Shown here in pieces: positions 37,160 through 47,491 of a stretch of DNA of 64,000 nucleotides; the first letter of the stretch is position 1; every line of letters begins with the position of its first letter. The DNA comes from Candidatus Latescibacterota bacterium (GTDB lineage Bacteria > Latescibacterota > UBA2968 > GCA-2709665): assembly GCA_965248435.1 (NCBI GenBank), contig OZ252100.1, positions 3,488,001 through 3,552,000 of the forward strand. Reading direction: 5' to 3'. The notes under the pieces are model-generated. The model was not told the DNA's origin and did no database searches. It was given only the letters and a program-made list of their open reading frames with translations. A program made the position numbers and the translations under genes.

Positions 37160-38360
37160 TCGCCCTCCTGTTCAGGCTTGCGACCGCCAGACGACGGGGA
37201 TCGCCCGGGTGCAGGTCGCCGGGCACGGACCTTCCATCGGTCGTGAAAGAGAGCGGAAGCTTGGATCTTACTGCAAAACTGCAAGCCGCACCGAGACGCC
37301 GGGTCTCGTCAAGCTTTGTGAAGAGCAGGCGATCGGCACCCAACCTGGAGAAGGCGCTTAGGGAATCTTTCATCTGCCGATAGTCGGTGGTGGCACTCAG
37401 GACCAGGTGAATTTCGCTCGGACCAGCCTCACGAAGGAACTTGCCCAGGTTTTCCAGTTGCTTGGCGTCCACGGGACTCGTACCGGATGTATCGATCAGG
37501 ATGAGATCGACGTCCCGCCGGGCGTGGATCACCTCTCCCATCTCCTCGGGTGTTTGCGCGATGTCCAGTGGCGTCTGGAGGATGCTGGCGTAGGCCCGAA
37601 GCTGTTCGAGTCCGCCGACCCGATCGGGGTCCGCGGCGATGAACGCCGTGCGTGCCTTCTTTTCTGAACTGTATTGCGCGGCGATCCTGGCTGCCGCCGT
37701 CGTTTTGCCGACACCGGCGGGACCGACCAAAGCAACGACCGTTCTCACGCCTTTGGCCAGGACAGTCGGAGATGGGGGCTGGCAGCGTTCTGCCAACATC
37801 TGCGCCGCTCTACGGTGGAGCCCCTTGAGATCTTCCAGCCCGCCGTCGCCTGGTGCGAGCAGCAGCGATTTCAGGATCTCTTCGGTCAGCGTTGGTTCAA
37901 AGCCGGCGTTCAACATACGCTTGGACAGGGGATCGAGGGCGCCGGGCAGGATCAGGTTTCCTTGCAAAGCCGTCGGCTGGCCCATGGATTCCATGGAGGT
38001 CTGGAGTTCCTCGATCTGCCTGGACAACCGATCGGCCCATCCTGCGTCGGCCGCATCAGCCGTCCGGGTCTTTTGCGGGACGGGGGTTCGCTTGGAAATT
38101 CGCGGCTTCCCCGATCGGGGCGCGGGTGCGGGAGTTTTGGCCATGGGCTTGGGCCGAGGCGCACCGCCCGCCTGCCGAATGACCGCTTTGCCTTTGTCTA
38201 CGGCCGCAGTGATTTCGACCTGCGATTTCCCGAGGATGCCGAGCGCGCTGCTCTTACGAATCGTACGCTTGTTGAGCACGATGGCTTCGGACCCAAGGTC
38301 GGCCTTGACCAGCTTGAGTGCCTCCGGCATGGAGTCGGCTACGTATTTTTTAATTCGCAT
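37143..38360 (-). CDS. flhF: Flagellar SRP-like GTPase FlhF
   Basis: MRIKKY.A.SMPEAL..VK.DLG, GPAGVGKTT, DTSG, TKLDET. Confidence 0.92.
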   Translation of the reverse strand: MRIKKYVADSMPEALKLVKADLGSEAIVLNKRTIRKSSALGILGKSQVEITAAVDKGKAVIRQAGGAPRPKPMAKTPAPAPRSGKPRISKRTPVPQKTRTADAADAGWADRLSRQIEELQTSMESMGQPTALQGNLILPGALDPLSKRMLNAGFEPTLTEEILKSLLLAPGDGGLEDLKGLHRRAAQMLAERCQPPSPTVLAKGVRTVVALVGPAGVGKTTAAARIAAQYSSEKKARTAFIAADPDRVGGLEQLRAYASILQTPLDIAQTPEEMGEVIHARRDVDLILIDTSGTSPVDAKQLENLGKFLREAGPSEIHLVLSATTDYRQMKDSLSAFSRLGADRLLFTKLDETRRLGAACSFAVRSKLPLSFTTDGRSVPGDLHPGDPRRLAVASLNRRANVLSG

Positions 38361-40413
38361 TGTCGTCGCTCATTGAGAGCATACCTACGGAGAAGACCTC
38401 TACTCCGGGGATGATCTCGTTGTAGGAGAGGATGACAAGATTGGGGAAGGTGGCCTCGGTCAGCCGTCGAAGGGCGAGCCGTATGTTCGGCGAGACGAGC
38501 AGCAGGGGCTGCCGACCATTTGAAACCATGGAATCGATCGCCTCGGCCAGCTGTTCGAAAAATCGATTGGTCAGGTCGGGGGGTAAGACCGCCTTGATGC
38601 CGACCGGCGTCGTCTGGGTGGCCTCCGAGATCTGTTGCTCCAACTCTGGTGCAACGGTGAGGACAGGAATGTTACCTTCGTCGGTCTGGTAGTTCTGGCA
38701 AATCGGACGGGCGAGGGCCGCCCGGACATACTCGGTGAGGATGTCCGGATCCTGAGTTACCCCGGCGTAGTCGGCAAGGGTCTCAAGGATGGACTGCATA
38801 TCCCGAATCGGGACACGTTCCTTCAGGAGATTCTGCAGCACCTTCTGTACCCCTCCCACCTTGAGTTGATCCGGAATCAGCTCGTCGACGACCGTCGGGT
38901 TCTTCTCCTTGATCTGGTCGATCAGCGTCTGGATGTCCTGCCGCGAGGGGATCTCGTATGCATGGGTCTTGATGATCTCTGTCAAATGGGTCGCGAGTAC
39001 AGCGGGCGGTTCCACGACAGTGTAGCCGAGAAGCTCCGCCTGTTCACGGACGTCCTCCGTAATCCACTTCGCGGGGAGTCCGAATGCCGGTTCCGTCGTA
39101 TCGGTGCCTTCGATTTCTCCTTCCACGTAACCGGGGTCCATCGCGAGCAGGTTTTTTGGTTGGATCTCCCCGCGTGCCACGCTCACACCCTTGATGTTGA
39201 TCGTGTATTCGTTCGGACTGTAAGTGATATCGTCCCGAATGCGGACAGGGGGGATCACGATTCCCAGGTCGAGCGCGGTCTGCTTTCTGAGCATCGTGAC
39301 CCTTTCGAGCAGGTCTCCTCCCTGCGCAGGGTCGACCAGGGGGATGAGGCCATAACCGATCCTGATCTCCAGGGGATCGACAAGCAGGTAGTCTTCAACT
39401 TTCTCCTCCGGCGCCGCTTTTTCTTCTTCAGCGGCTTCTTCCAGGGCGATCTCTTGCATTTGGGATCTATGGGCCGTAAATGCCACGACCGCAGTCGTTG
39501 CGGCCATGATGACAAAAGGAACAGAGGGCAGCCCCGGCACGAAAGCAAAGCCGATCAGTACTGCAGACGCGATCATAATGGCACGAGGTTGCGAAGTGAG
39601 TTCACGGCCCAGATCCATCCCAAGGCTGGCTCTCGATGTGGAGCGGGTAACGATGATGCCCGCAGAAGTCGAGGTAATGAGGGCAGGAATCTGCGTCACG
39701 AGGCCGTCACCGATCGTGAGGATGGTATAGGTCTGGGCGGCACTCGAGGCATCCATGCCTTTCTGGAGGACGCCGATTGCGAGTCCGCCAATGATGTTGA
39801 CGAAGGTGATCAGAATGCCGGCGATTGCATCGCCCCGAACAAACTTGCTGGCGCCATCCATGGCTCCATAGAAGTCTGCTTCGCGGGCAATCGACTGGCG
39901 GCGTTCGCGGGCATCGTCCTCGGTGATTAGACCTGCGTTGAGATCGGCGTCGATGCTCATCTGCTTTCCGGGCATCGCGTCGAGGGTAAACCGCGCAGCG
40001 ACTTCTGCAACCCGGCCTGCGCCCTTTGTAATCACTACGAACTGGATGATGACGATGATCAGGAAGACCACCAGTCCCAGCACGTAGTTTCCTTTTACGA
40101 CAAACAGCCCGAAGGCGTTGATGACCTCTCCCGCATAGGCCTCACCAAGGATGAGCCGCGTCGTGGCGACGTTGAGGGAGAGTCGGAAGAGCGTCAGGAC
40201 AAGGAGCAGACCAGGGAAGACTGATAGCTGGAGGGGATCGGTAATGTAGATGGTCATCAAGAGGACCACCAGGGCGAACGCAATATTGAATGTCAGGAGG
40301 ACATCGATCAGCCCGGGTGGCATCGGGATGATCATGACCGAAATCATCCCGATTACCCCTACTGCAAAAACGACATCGGCATACCCTGCGAGCTTTTCAA
40401 AGAGGGAATTCAC
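38350..40413 (-). CDS. flhA: Flagellar export gate protein FlhA
   Basis: RVAEVAARFTLDAMPGKQMSIDADL, FYGAMDGASKFVRGDAIAG. Confidence 0.97.
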   Translation of the reverse strand: MNSLFEKLAGYADVVFAVGVIGMISVMIIPMPPGLIDVLLTFNIAFALVVLLMTIYITDPLQLSVFPGLLLVLTLFRLSLNVATTRLILGEAYAGEVINAFGLFVVKGNYVLGLVVFLIIVIIQFVVITKGAGRVAEVAARFTLDAMPGKQMSIDADLNAGLITEDDARERRQSIAREADFYGAMDGASKFVRGDAIAGILITFVNIIGGLAIGVLQKGMDASSAAQTYTILTIGDGLVTQIPALITSTSAGIIVTRSTSRASLGMDLGRELTSQPRAIMIASAVLIGFAFVPGLPSVPFVIMAATTAVVAFTAHRSQMQEIALEEAAEEEKAAPEEKVEDYLLVDPLEIRIGYGLIPLVDPAQGGDLLERVTMLRKQTALDLGIVIPPVRIRDDITYSPNEYTINIKGVSVARGEIQPKNLLAMDPGYVEGEIEGTDTTEPAFGLPAKWITEDVREQAELLGYTVVEPPAVLATHLTEIIKTHAYEIPSRQDIQTLIDQIKEKNPTVVDELIPDQLKVGGVQKVLQNLLKERVPIRDMQSILETLADYAGVTQDPDILTEYVRAALARPICQNYQTDEGNIPVLTVAPELEQQISEATQTTPVGIKAVLPPDLTNRFFEQLAEAIDSMVSNGRQPLLLVSPNIRLALRRLTEATFPNLVILSYNEIIPGVEVFSVGMLSMSDDNAN

Positions 40414-40445
40414 ACCTCACCTCCAAGGTTACCGGTCACTTGCAT

Positions 40446-40475
40446 AATATACTCCTAACGTGTCACTTAAGTCAA
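40446..40475 (-). promoter_or_regulatory. Internal sigma70-type promoter upstream of flhA
   Basis: TTGACT-N18-TATTAT on minus strand in the flhB-flhA gap. Confidence 0.55.
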
Positions 40476-40507
40476 GGCAGAAGGCCTTCTCCTGGACACG
40501 CCCACGC

Positions 40508-41584
40508 TTAGTTGACAATGCTGTTGTTTCCCTTCAGCCGGAAGACGTAAGCCAGGACTTCGGCGACCGCCTTGTAGAGGTCATCGGGTATCTCTGCGCC
40601 TATCCCTACGGCCTTGAACAGCGTCTGCGCCAGTGGCTTGTTCTCCACGATGGGGACACCGGCCTGCTTCGCGACTTCCTTGATCTTTTCTGCGATCAGG
40701 TTCTGTCCCTTGGCAACAAGCTTCGGGGCATCCATGGATTCCATATCGTATCGGAGGGCGACGGCGTAGTGCGTCGGGTTTGTGACGACGACGTCAGCTT
40801 CAGGGACCTCATCCATCATGCGCTTGCGTGCCGCCTCTCTTTGCAGTGCACGGATGCGCATTCTGACCTGTGGGTCACCTTCTGTTTGTTTCAGCTCCTC
40901 CTTGACCTGCTGCTTGGTCATCTTGATGCTTTGGTTGTGCTCCCATCGCTGGTAAGCGTAGTCCAGTGCGGCCAGGACGAGGAGAGCGAGAGAGACATAC
41001 AGTCCTACTTTAAAGACCATGAATCCGATGAACTTGAACGCTGATCCCAGCGACGCATCGGCGAGGATCGCGATTCGTGGCAACTCGGGTGCGATCGTAA
41101 GGTAGCTGATGTATCCGACGATCAGGACTTTAAAGATTCCTTTGACCAGTTCCACGAGGGAACGCTTTGAAAAGATTCGCTTTGCCCCGGAGATCGGGTT
41201 CAGGCGGTTGAACTTGGGGACCAATGCCTCTTCACTCACCATGAAGCCGACCTGAGCCAGACTGACAGCCAGGGCTGCGACGCCGACGGTTAGCAGTATC
41301 GGTCCTATGGCTCCAAAGAACGTCTTTCCCCATCCCAAAAGGTGTGCTTGGAAGTTCGTGGGTGTCAGCTCGAAAGTGTGCACGCTCTCCAGTGTCGTTG
41401 TCATAAGGACGGACAAATCACGATAGAGAATGTCTCCGAGGAGGTAGATACTCGTGATTCCGGCCATCAACACCACGACAGAGTTGAGTTCCTGGCTTTT
41501 GGCAACCTGTCCCTTTCGCCGCGACTCTTCGCGGCGTCGTGGCGTTGCGGGTTCGGTCTTTTCTTGAAAAGATTCTTCAGCCAT
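40508..41584 (-). CDS. flhB: Flagellar export switch protein FlhB
   Basis: EKTEPATPRR, TEGDPQ, VVTNPTHYAVAL. Confidence 0.97.
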   Translation of the reverse strand: MAEESFQEKTEPATPRRREESRRKGQVAKSQELNSVVVLMAGITSIYLLGDILYRDLSVLMTTTLESVHTFELTPTNFQAHLLGWGKTFFGAIGPILLTVGVAALAVSLAQVGFMVSEEALVPKFNRLNPISGAKRIFSKRSLVELVKGIFKVLIVGYISYLTIAPELPRIAILADASLGSAFKFIGFMVFKVGLYVSLALLVLAALDYAYQRWEHNQSIKMTKQQVKEELKQTEGDPQVRMRIRALQREAARKRMMDEVPEADVVVTNPTHYAVALRYDMESMDAPKLVAKGQNLIAEKIKEVAKQAGVPIVENKPLAQTLFKAVGIGAEIPDDLYKAVAEVLAYVFRLKGNNSIVN

Positions 41585-41620
41585 CAGAAGTTGCTCTGGT
41601 CGTTCTCAGGTGTGTGTGCG

Positions 41621-42409
41621 CTAGGGTTTGTACATCTGCTGAAGCAGGATGCTGAAATCGGATCCCATACCTGCGAAGAACTTCATCAAGACCGTGTTGA
41701 AAAAGGGCAGGGAGAGCATTATGACCCCCATCCCGATCCCGATCTTGAGGGGGAAACCGACGACGAAGACGTTCATCTGTGGCACGGTGCGGGCAGTGAT
41801 GCCAAGGGCCAGGGAGGTCAGAAAGAGCGCCGCAATGACGGGGGCCGCCAGTTTGGCTGCCATGACGAAAACCCGAGAGGTCATCTGGATCAGGCCCTGA
41901 GCGAGCAGATCTGTAAACTGCATGCCGCCCAATGGCACCATCTCAAAACTCACCGCCAGGGTCTGCAATACGACGTGGTGACCGTTCACAAGGAGAAAGA
42001 CGACGACTGCGATCAAGTTCTTGAATGTCCCGATGATGGATATCTGTTCAGACGACAGCGGGTCTATGATGTTGACGACGCCAAAGCCGACATCGATTCC
42101 GATCACTTCCCCAGCGAATTGTACGGCAAAGAAAATGAGCCTCGCGACGAAGCCGATCATCGTCCCCATGATGAGCTCTTTGACGACTGCAATCGCGTAA
42201 GGGATAAGCTCTACCGTAAGAGACAAGGTGATCGGTATGGCTGGATAGAGGACAATCGCAAGGGCCAGTGCAAGTCCCGCCTTGGCCTGCGAGAGTACGA
42301 TCCTGTGCCCGAATACAGGTGCGACTGCCACGATCCCGATCGTCCGAGTAAACACAAGCAGGAGGATTTGGAACTGGTTTACGGAGATGTCGAGAAAAGT
42401 CGTGTTCAT
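41621..42409 (-). CDS. fliR: Flagellar export protein FliR
   Basis: VFTR..APVFG, AVQFAG, ARTVPQMNVFVVGFP. Confidence 0.95.
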   Translation of the reverse strand: MNTTFLDISVNQFQILLLVFTRTIGIVAVAPVFGHRIVLSQAKAGLALALAIVLYPAIPITLSLTVELIPYAIAVVKELIMGTMIGFVARLIFFAVQFAGEVIGIDVGFGVVNIIDPLSSEQISIIGTFKNLIAVVVFLLVNGHHVVLQTLAVSFEMVPLGGMQFTDLLAQGLIQMTSRVFVMAAKLAAPVIAALFLTSLALGITARTVPQMNVFVVGFPLKIGIGMGVIMLSLPFFNTVLMKFFAGMGSDFSILLQQMYKP

Positions 42410-42420
42410 GGGGAAGGCGA

Positions 42421-42690
42421 CTATCCGGCGATCGTGGGGATCTGGTTCATGAGACTAATAACGAAGGAAAGCATCTTTTGGATCATCCAGGGAAGCGCGA
42501 GCATCAGGGCCAGCGAAACCGCCAGGATCTTTGGAATGAATGTGAGCGTCACTTCGTGGATCTGAGTGACGGCCTGCAAGATGCTGATTCCCAGGCCGAT
42601 GAACAGGCCTGCGAGCAGCATGGGCGCGGAGATCTGAAGCATCAAATAGATGGCTTCTTGACCCAAATGGACAACGAACTGATGTGTCAC
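42421..42690 (-). CDS. fliQ: Flagellar export protein FliQ
   Basis: LQAVTQIHEVTLTFIPKI. Confidence 0.95.
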   Translation of the reverse strand: MTHQFVVHLGQEAIYLMLQISAPMLLAGLFIGLGISILQAVTQIHEVTLTFIPKILAVSLALMLALPWMIQKMLSFVISLMNQIPTIAG

Positions 42691-42711
42691 GGCCTTTTCC
42701 CGATACGGACG

Positions 42712-43485
42712 TTATCTAAAACTCAATACGAGGGACTGAACAATCAAGTGCCAGCCGTCGACCAGAACAAAGAGGAGAACCTTGAACGGGAGGGATACCG
42801 TTACAGGAGGCAACATCAGCATCCCCATGGAGAGCAATGTGCTGGATACGACCATGTCGATGATGATGAATGGGATAAAGAGCACGAAAGCGATCTGGAA
42901 GGCAGTCTTCAGTTCGCTGATGACAAAGCCGGGTATCAGCACTCGGTTGGTGAGATCCTCTGGCGTTGCCGGCCGGGGCGAGCGGGACAGTTTCACGAAC
43001 AGCGCGATGTCCTTCTCCCGCGTGTTTCGAAGCATAAACTCACGAATGGGATCCATGCCCAGCTTGAGGGCGACCTTGTGATCGATCTGTTCCTCCAGGT
43101 AGGGCTCAATCGCTGTATCATAAACTCTTTCCCACGTCGGCCCCATCACGAACAGGGTCAAGAAGAGGGAAAGGCCGACGACGAGCTGGGTAGGTGGAAT
43201 CTGCTGAGTCCCGATGGCCATCCGAAGGAAGGAAAGGACGACTACGATTCGGGTAAACGAAGTCAGCATGATCAGGAGGGCCGGGGCCAACGTGAGGATG
43301 GTCAGGAGGAAGATGATCTGAAGCGTGACCGCGGCGTTTTGAGGATTTGAGGCCTCGTCCACCTCTATGCTGATTCGTGGGAGGCCCTGCGCTGAAGGCT
43401 CGTTCGAAACGAGAATCAGGAACATCATACTCAGAAGGAAGGTGCAGATTCCGATTCGGCGCAGGGATTTGTTGAAGCTCGTCAT
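42712..43485 (-). CDS. fliP: Flagellar export protein FliP
   Basis: TSFTRI, SELKTAFQI, MGMLMLPP, LPFKVLLFVLVDGW. Confidence 0.97.
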   Translation of the reverse strand: MTSFNKSLRRIGICTFLLSMMFLILVSNEPSAQGLPRISIEVDEASNPQNAAVTLQIIFLLTILTLAPALLIMLTSFTRIVVVLSFLRMAIGTQQIPPTQLVVGLSLFLTLFVMGPTWERVYDTAIEPYLEEQIDHKVALKLGMDPIREFMLRNTREKDIALFVKLSRSPRPATPEDLTNRVLIPGFVISELKTAFQIAFVLFIPFIIIDMVVSSTLLSMGMLMLPPVTVSLPFKVLLFVLVDGWHLIVQSLVLSFR

Positions 43486-44003
43486 CAGGCCTTTTCCGTT
43501 TTAGGGAGTTCGCCCGAGAGGCGACCCCGAAGGTTGTTGAAGAGTTTGGCGAACGGGGGAAGGCCGCCATTTTCCTTTATCTGTTGATAGGCAGCCAGGG
43601 TCTGTTCCGAGTCGAGCTCGGTGAGCGTATTCATCTGGGCATCGGTGACCCCGACGGCGAGGACTCGACCGGCTACCTGGATGATGTAGACGGCCTTTTT
43701 GGGTGCGATATAGGTCCTGTCCAGAACGGTCACTTGGGATGCTCCCCTGCCGGGGGAGGCGTTGCTCGAGAGGCGGCGAAAGAGGAAGAGGGCTGCCCAG
43801 ATGAGCAGAATGACCGCTCCGAGGGAGAAAGCCATCCGCGTGACCAGGCTGGAAGGGTCGGGGATATCGGATACTGCAGAGAGCGAATCCTGGGCGGGGG
43901 TCGGGTTGAAGTTGTAGGTGTCGCTGAACTGGAATCCCTGTGCGGGGGCAGGGAAGACTGCCAGGACGAGGCTTAGTGTGAGCAATAACGCAGAGAGTGG
44001 CAC
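43485..44003 (-). CDS. fliO: Flagellar export chaperone FliO/FliZ
   Basis: TM helix then VLDRTYIAPKKAVYIIQV..LAVGVT..L.EL; position before fliP. Confidence 0.85.
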   Translation of the reverse strand: MPLSALLLTLSLVLAVFPAPAQGFQFSDTYNFNPTPAQDSLSAVSDIPDPSSLVTRMAFSLGAVILLIWAALFLFRRLSSNASPGRGASQVTVLDRTYIAPKKAVYIIQVAGRVLAVGVTDAQMNTLTELDSEQTLAAYQQIKENGGLPPFAKLFNNLRGRLSGELPKTEKA

Positions 44004-44042
44004 GGGTTTCCCTCCTCAGGGGGGTGGGGACACCTCCTAGAG

Positions 44043-44058
44043 AGCAACCCATATGCCA
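44043..44058 (-). promoter_or_regulatory. Sigma54 -24/-12 promoter upstream of fliO
   Basis: TGGCATATGGGTTGCT (GG-N10-GC). Confidence 0.8.
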
Positions 44059-44139
44059 GATCTGGAGGGAAGGGATTCGCGAGGGAATGCCGGGCACGTC
44101 CTGGAAGGGAAACGAGTGGGCGCGCCGCAAATTCAGGAA

Positions 44140-44152
44140 TAAGCTATTGATA
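44140..44152 (-). promoter_or_regulatory. IHF binding site
   Basis: TATCAATAGCTTA matches WATCAANNNNTTR, between the sigma54 site and palindrome TGTCCG-N6-CGGACA (44193-44210). Confidence 0.7.
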
Positions 44153-44324
44153 TTACAACGATTTAATCCAAAAAGTCCAAAGTCACCGGGCGTGTCCGAA
44201 TTGCCGGACAAGGGGGCGGAGTTGGCCGATGGACCGGCAGGGATTTCCCCTTACCGGCTGGATTTTCCCCTTGCGTTCGGTCTTGAGGGGAGGGAAGGGG
44301 CTGTTGGTGAGTGTATCGGGAGGG

Positions 44325-44843
44325 CTATCCTCTTGATCCGAGGTTGAAGATCTCAGTCAGGCGTACACCGAAGTTTTCGGAAATGGTGATCACTTCTCCG
44401 ATCGCATACTTCTTTCCGTTGACGAGGACGTCCACGGCATCGCCAGAGACCTTGTCGAGTTCGATTAGCGAACCCTCTGTCCATCCCAGGACAGTGTGGA
44501 TGGCCACATCGGTGTGGCCCAGTTCAATGGAGATCGGAATACTAATGTCCGTCAGCGGGCTCTTTCCCGGCTGTGCAGCGATCGCCCCGGCCGGGATCGG
44601 TCCCTGGACGGCGGTCTCCAGGGCGGACTCTGGATCCCCCGTTTCCTCCATCAGCGCCTGAAGCATGTCCGCCTCAAGGCCAGCTTCCGCATCTTCACCC
44701 GTTTCTGCCTGAGCCTGTTCGGCCGGTGCTTCCGCTTCGGCGGCCGGCTCTGCTTCCCCCGAGCCGGTTTCGGCGGCTTCCTCTTCCATCATGGCAGCCA
44801 TCTCTTCTTCTAGCTGGCGGTCTTGATCATTCTCTTCTGGCAT
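44325..44843 (-). CDS. fliN: Flagellar motor switch protein FliN with long acidic N-terminal extension
   Basis: SpoA domain LTDISIPISIELG..GSLIELDK..VDVLVNGK..GEVITISENFGVRL. Confidence 0.88.
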   Translation of the reverse strand: MPEENDQDRQLEEEMAAMMEEEAAETGSGEAEPAAEAEAPAEQAQAETGEDAEAGLEADMLQALMEETGDPESALETAVQGPIPAGAIAAQPGKSPLTDISIPISIELGHTDVAIHTVLGWTEGSLIELDKVSGDAVDVLVNGKKYAIGEVITISENFGVRLTEIFNLGSRG

Positions 44844-44865
44844 CGCAATTCCACCCTTGGTTGCT

Positions 44866-45663
44866 CTACTCTATGGGTTCTGGAGGATTCTCCCTGCCTT
44901 CTATCAGGACTCCGCGGTCTTCTATCGTTTTGTAAAGCTCTGTAGGCTTCAGGCCCATTCCACTCTCGTAGAGAACGTGGATTTCGACTCTCCGGTTCTG
45001 GTTCATGTTTTCCTCGGAGTCGTTTGGGACCAGCGGGCGATACTCGCTGTATCCCGTTATGGAGATCCGGTTGGGCGCGATCTTGCCGTTCTGGATGAGG
45101 TAACGTGCGACCGAAAGCGCCCGCATTCCAGACAGCTCCCAGTTGGACGCAAAGAATTCGGTGTTGATCGGGCGATTGTCAGTGTGCCCTTGAATATTGA
45201 TCTGGTTGCTCAACCCACTCAAGACATCTCCGACCTTTCCGAGCAACGGAAGCGCTTCCAGTTTGAGATTCGATTCTGCCAGGTCGAAGAACAGCTTGTC
45301 TGAGATCCGGATGATGATGCCGGAAGATGTCTCCTCCAGCATGACATCGCCCTGAAGCCCTGCATCCTCGATCGACTCCTCGAGTTCCTGAGAGGCCTTC
45401 GTCATGGATTCGGCCTGCGAAAGGTTGCCTTCCGTCTTGGGCAGGGACTGCCGGATGGAGAGGCTGAGTTGAGGCTCACCAGATAGAACACCGAGCGAAC
45501 CGGACAGGGCACCCATCGCGTGGTTGAATTGCTGCACGTTGACCGTTGAGAAGGAAATGAGGAGAACGAAGAAGGTCAGCAGGAGAGACATCAGGTCTCC
45601 GAAGGTGGCCAGCCAGCCCGGCAGGCCTTTAGGACAATCATCTTCTTTTATCTGCTTGCCCAC
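44866..45663 (-). CDS. motB: Flagellar stator B subunit, copy 2
   Basis: WLATFGDLMSLLLTFFVLL; OmpA-like IQGHTD, SNWELS, NRRVEI. Confidence 0.92.
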   Translation of the reverse strand: MGKQIKEDDCPKGLPGWLATFGDLMSLLLTFFVLLISFSTVNVQQFNHAMGALSGSLGVLSGEPQLSLSIRQSLPKTEGNLSQAESMTKASQELEESIEDAGLQGDVMLEETSSGIIIRISDKLFFDLAESNLKLEALPLLGKVGDVLSGLSNQINIQGHTDNRPINTEFFASNWELSGMRALSVARYLIQNGKIAPNRISITGYSEYRPLVPNDSEENMNQNRRVEIHVLYESGMGLKPTELYKTIEDRGVLIEGRENPPEPIE

Positions 45664-45696
45664 GAAAACTCCTTACTCAGGTGTATTGCAGACGAT

Positions 45697-46497
45697 TCAT
45701 CTTCGTCTGATGATGTCGCTTCCATCATCGCGCGAACCCTTCACGCCGTAGTCCTCGAACACCTCTGAGATAATTCTCAGGTTTCCGTCGTCTTCCCCCG
45801 CATAGAGGATGTGGATTTCCACCCTGCGGTTCTTCTGCCGCCCTTCCTCCGTCGCGTTCGAGGCGATCGGTCGATACTCGCCGTATCCTTCGGCCGCGAG
45901 TCGTCGCGGATAGATCGTCTCTTCCGTGATGAGATAGCGCACGAGATTGACGGCCCGCTGGAAGGAGAGCTCCCAGTTGGACGGAAATGGTCCCGACCGG
46001 ACGGGGCGGTTATCCGTGTAGCCCTGAACGACGATGTTATTGGGCAAAAGCTTCAGGATCGCCCCGATCTGAGAAATCACGGGGATGATGGATTCCCGAA
46101 ACTCCGCAACCCCAAGATCGTAGAGGACGGGGGCGCGAATTCGGATCACGAGGCCTGTGGCTGTCCCTTCAAGTGCCAGATCTCCTTCCATCCCTTCGTC
46201 CGAGAGGGTCTTTTCGAGGGCCTCGGCAGCCTTGCGGATGTTCTGCGACTGGTTGATGCTTCCCCGGACCATGGGGATGCTGATGAAGATGGGCTGGCTC
46301 ATCTCGGGTTCGGAGTCAAAGACACCCAGCGCCCCCTTCAGAGATCCCATGGCTTTGTTAAACTTGACTTCTTCCATCGAGGAGAAGGACAGGATGAGCA
46401 CGAAGAATGTCAGCAGCAGGGACATCAGGTCGCCAAAGGTAGCGAGCCACCCCGGCAATCCCTTCGGACATTCGTCTTCATCTATCATCTTCGCCAT
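45697..46497 (-). CDS. motB: Flagellar stator B subunit, copy 1
   Basis: WLATFGDLMSLLLTFFVLI; VQGYTD, SNWELS, NRRVEI. Confidence 0.92.
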   Translation of the reverse strand: MAKMIDEDECPKGLPGWLATFGDLMSLLLTFFVLILSFSSMEEVKFNKAMGSLKGALGVFDSEPEMSQPIFISIPMVRGSINQSQNIRKAAEALEKTLSDEGMEGDLALEGTATGLVIRIRAPVLYDLGVAEFRESIIPVISQIGAILKLLPNNIVVQGYTDNRPVRSGPFPSNWELSFQRAVNLVRYLITEETIYPRRLAAEGYGEYRPIASNATEEGRQKNRRVEIHILYAGEDDGNLRIISEVFEDYGVKGSRDDGSDIIRRR

Positions 46498-46499
46498 CG

Positions 46500-47273
46500 T
46501 TACTCCTCCGCCTCTTCTGAGGAGCTTCGCAGATTAGGCGCGATGAATACGTTCAGCTTCTGTTCGACGATGCGGGGATTATCTCCGGATTGGATCGACA
46601 TGATGCCTTCCATAATCATCCGCTTTTGCAGACCCTCCTCGGCGGACCGAACCTTGAGCTTGCCCGCAAAGGGGATGTAGATCAGGTTCGCGGTGACCGC
46701 GCCATAGAACGTCGTGATGAGCGCGGTGGCCATACCCGGCCCGATTGCGGATGGGTCATCCAGGTTCTGGAGCATGTTTACGAGCCCCACCAGGGTGCCG
46801 ATCATCCCGAAGGCCGGGCCTGCAGAGCCCATGAAGTCGAACACTCCGGCGCCCGATTTGTGCCGCTCGTCCACGAAGGAGAGCTCCGTCTCGAGGATCG
46901 TCTGGATCAGTTCGGGTTCGGTGCCATCCACCGCGAGCCGAATTCCGGAGCCCATGAAGGCATCGTCGATTTCCTGAACCGCCTGCTCCAGCGCCAGGAT
47001 GCCTTCTCGACGGGCGGTCTCCGCGAAACCCACAATCTTTTCGATCAACTCGGTCGGGGGGATGCTCTTGTGGAAGAAGGTCTTTTGCATCACGGCCACG
47101 ATTCCGACGATCTGGTTGAGTGGATAACAGACCATCGTGGCCGCAAGGGTCCCGCCGATGGTAATCAGCAGCGACGGGACGTCAAAAAAGTTGATGAGTG
47201 CGCCGCCGTTGAAAATTCCCATGATGATCAGGGTAAAACCGGCGACCAGACCTACGACAGTGGTGATGTCCAT
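46500..47273 (-). CDS. motA: Flagellar stator A subunit (MotA/PomA)
   Basis: ARREGILALE, GPAFGMIGTLVGLV, IGPGMATALITTFYG. Confidence 0.95.
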   Translation of the reverse strand: MDITTVVGLVAGFTLIIMGIFNGGALINFFDVPSLLITIGGTLAATMVCYPLNQIVGIVAVMQKTFFHKSIPPTELIEKIVGFAETARREGILALEQAVQEIDDAFMGSGIRLAVDGTEPELIQTILETELSFVDERHKSGAGVFDFMGSAGPAFGMIGTLVGLVNMLQNLDDPSAIGPGMATALITTFYGAVTANLIYIPFAGKLKVRSAEEGLQKRMIMEGIMSIQSGDNPRIVEQKLNVFIAPNLRSSSEEAEE

Positions 47274-47284
47274 TGCTTTACCCC

Positions 47285-47491
47285 CTATTGGGACCTAACC
47301 TCCGGGGCTGTCTGGAGGAACCGACGTTTGTATTCCACAACTTTTTCGATGATTTCATCGACGGATTCTTTTGCTACGACCTTTCGGCCTGTAGTCAGGG
47401 TAATGATCGAATCGGGGGTGGCCTCCAAAAACTCGATCAGCTCCGCATTGATGACTAAGACGGTATCGTTCAACCGCGTGATTTTGATCAT
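47285..47491 (-). CDS. flbD: Flagellar FlbD (SwrD) family protein
   Basis: MIKITRLN..INAELIE.LEATPDSIITL..G.K.V.KES. Confidence 0.9.
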   Translation of the reverse strand: MIKITRLNDTVLVINAELIEFLEATPDSIITLTTGRKVVAKESVDEIIEKVVEYKRRFLQTAPEVRSQ

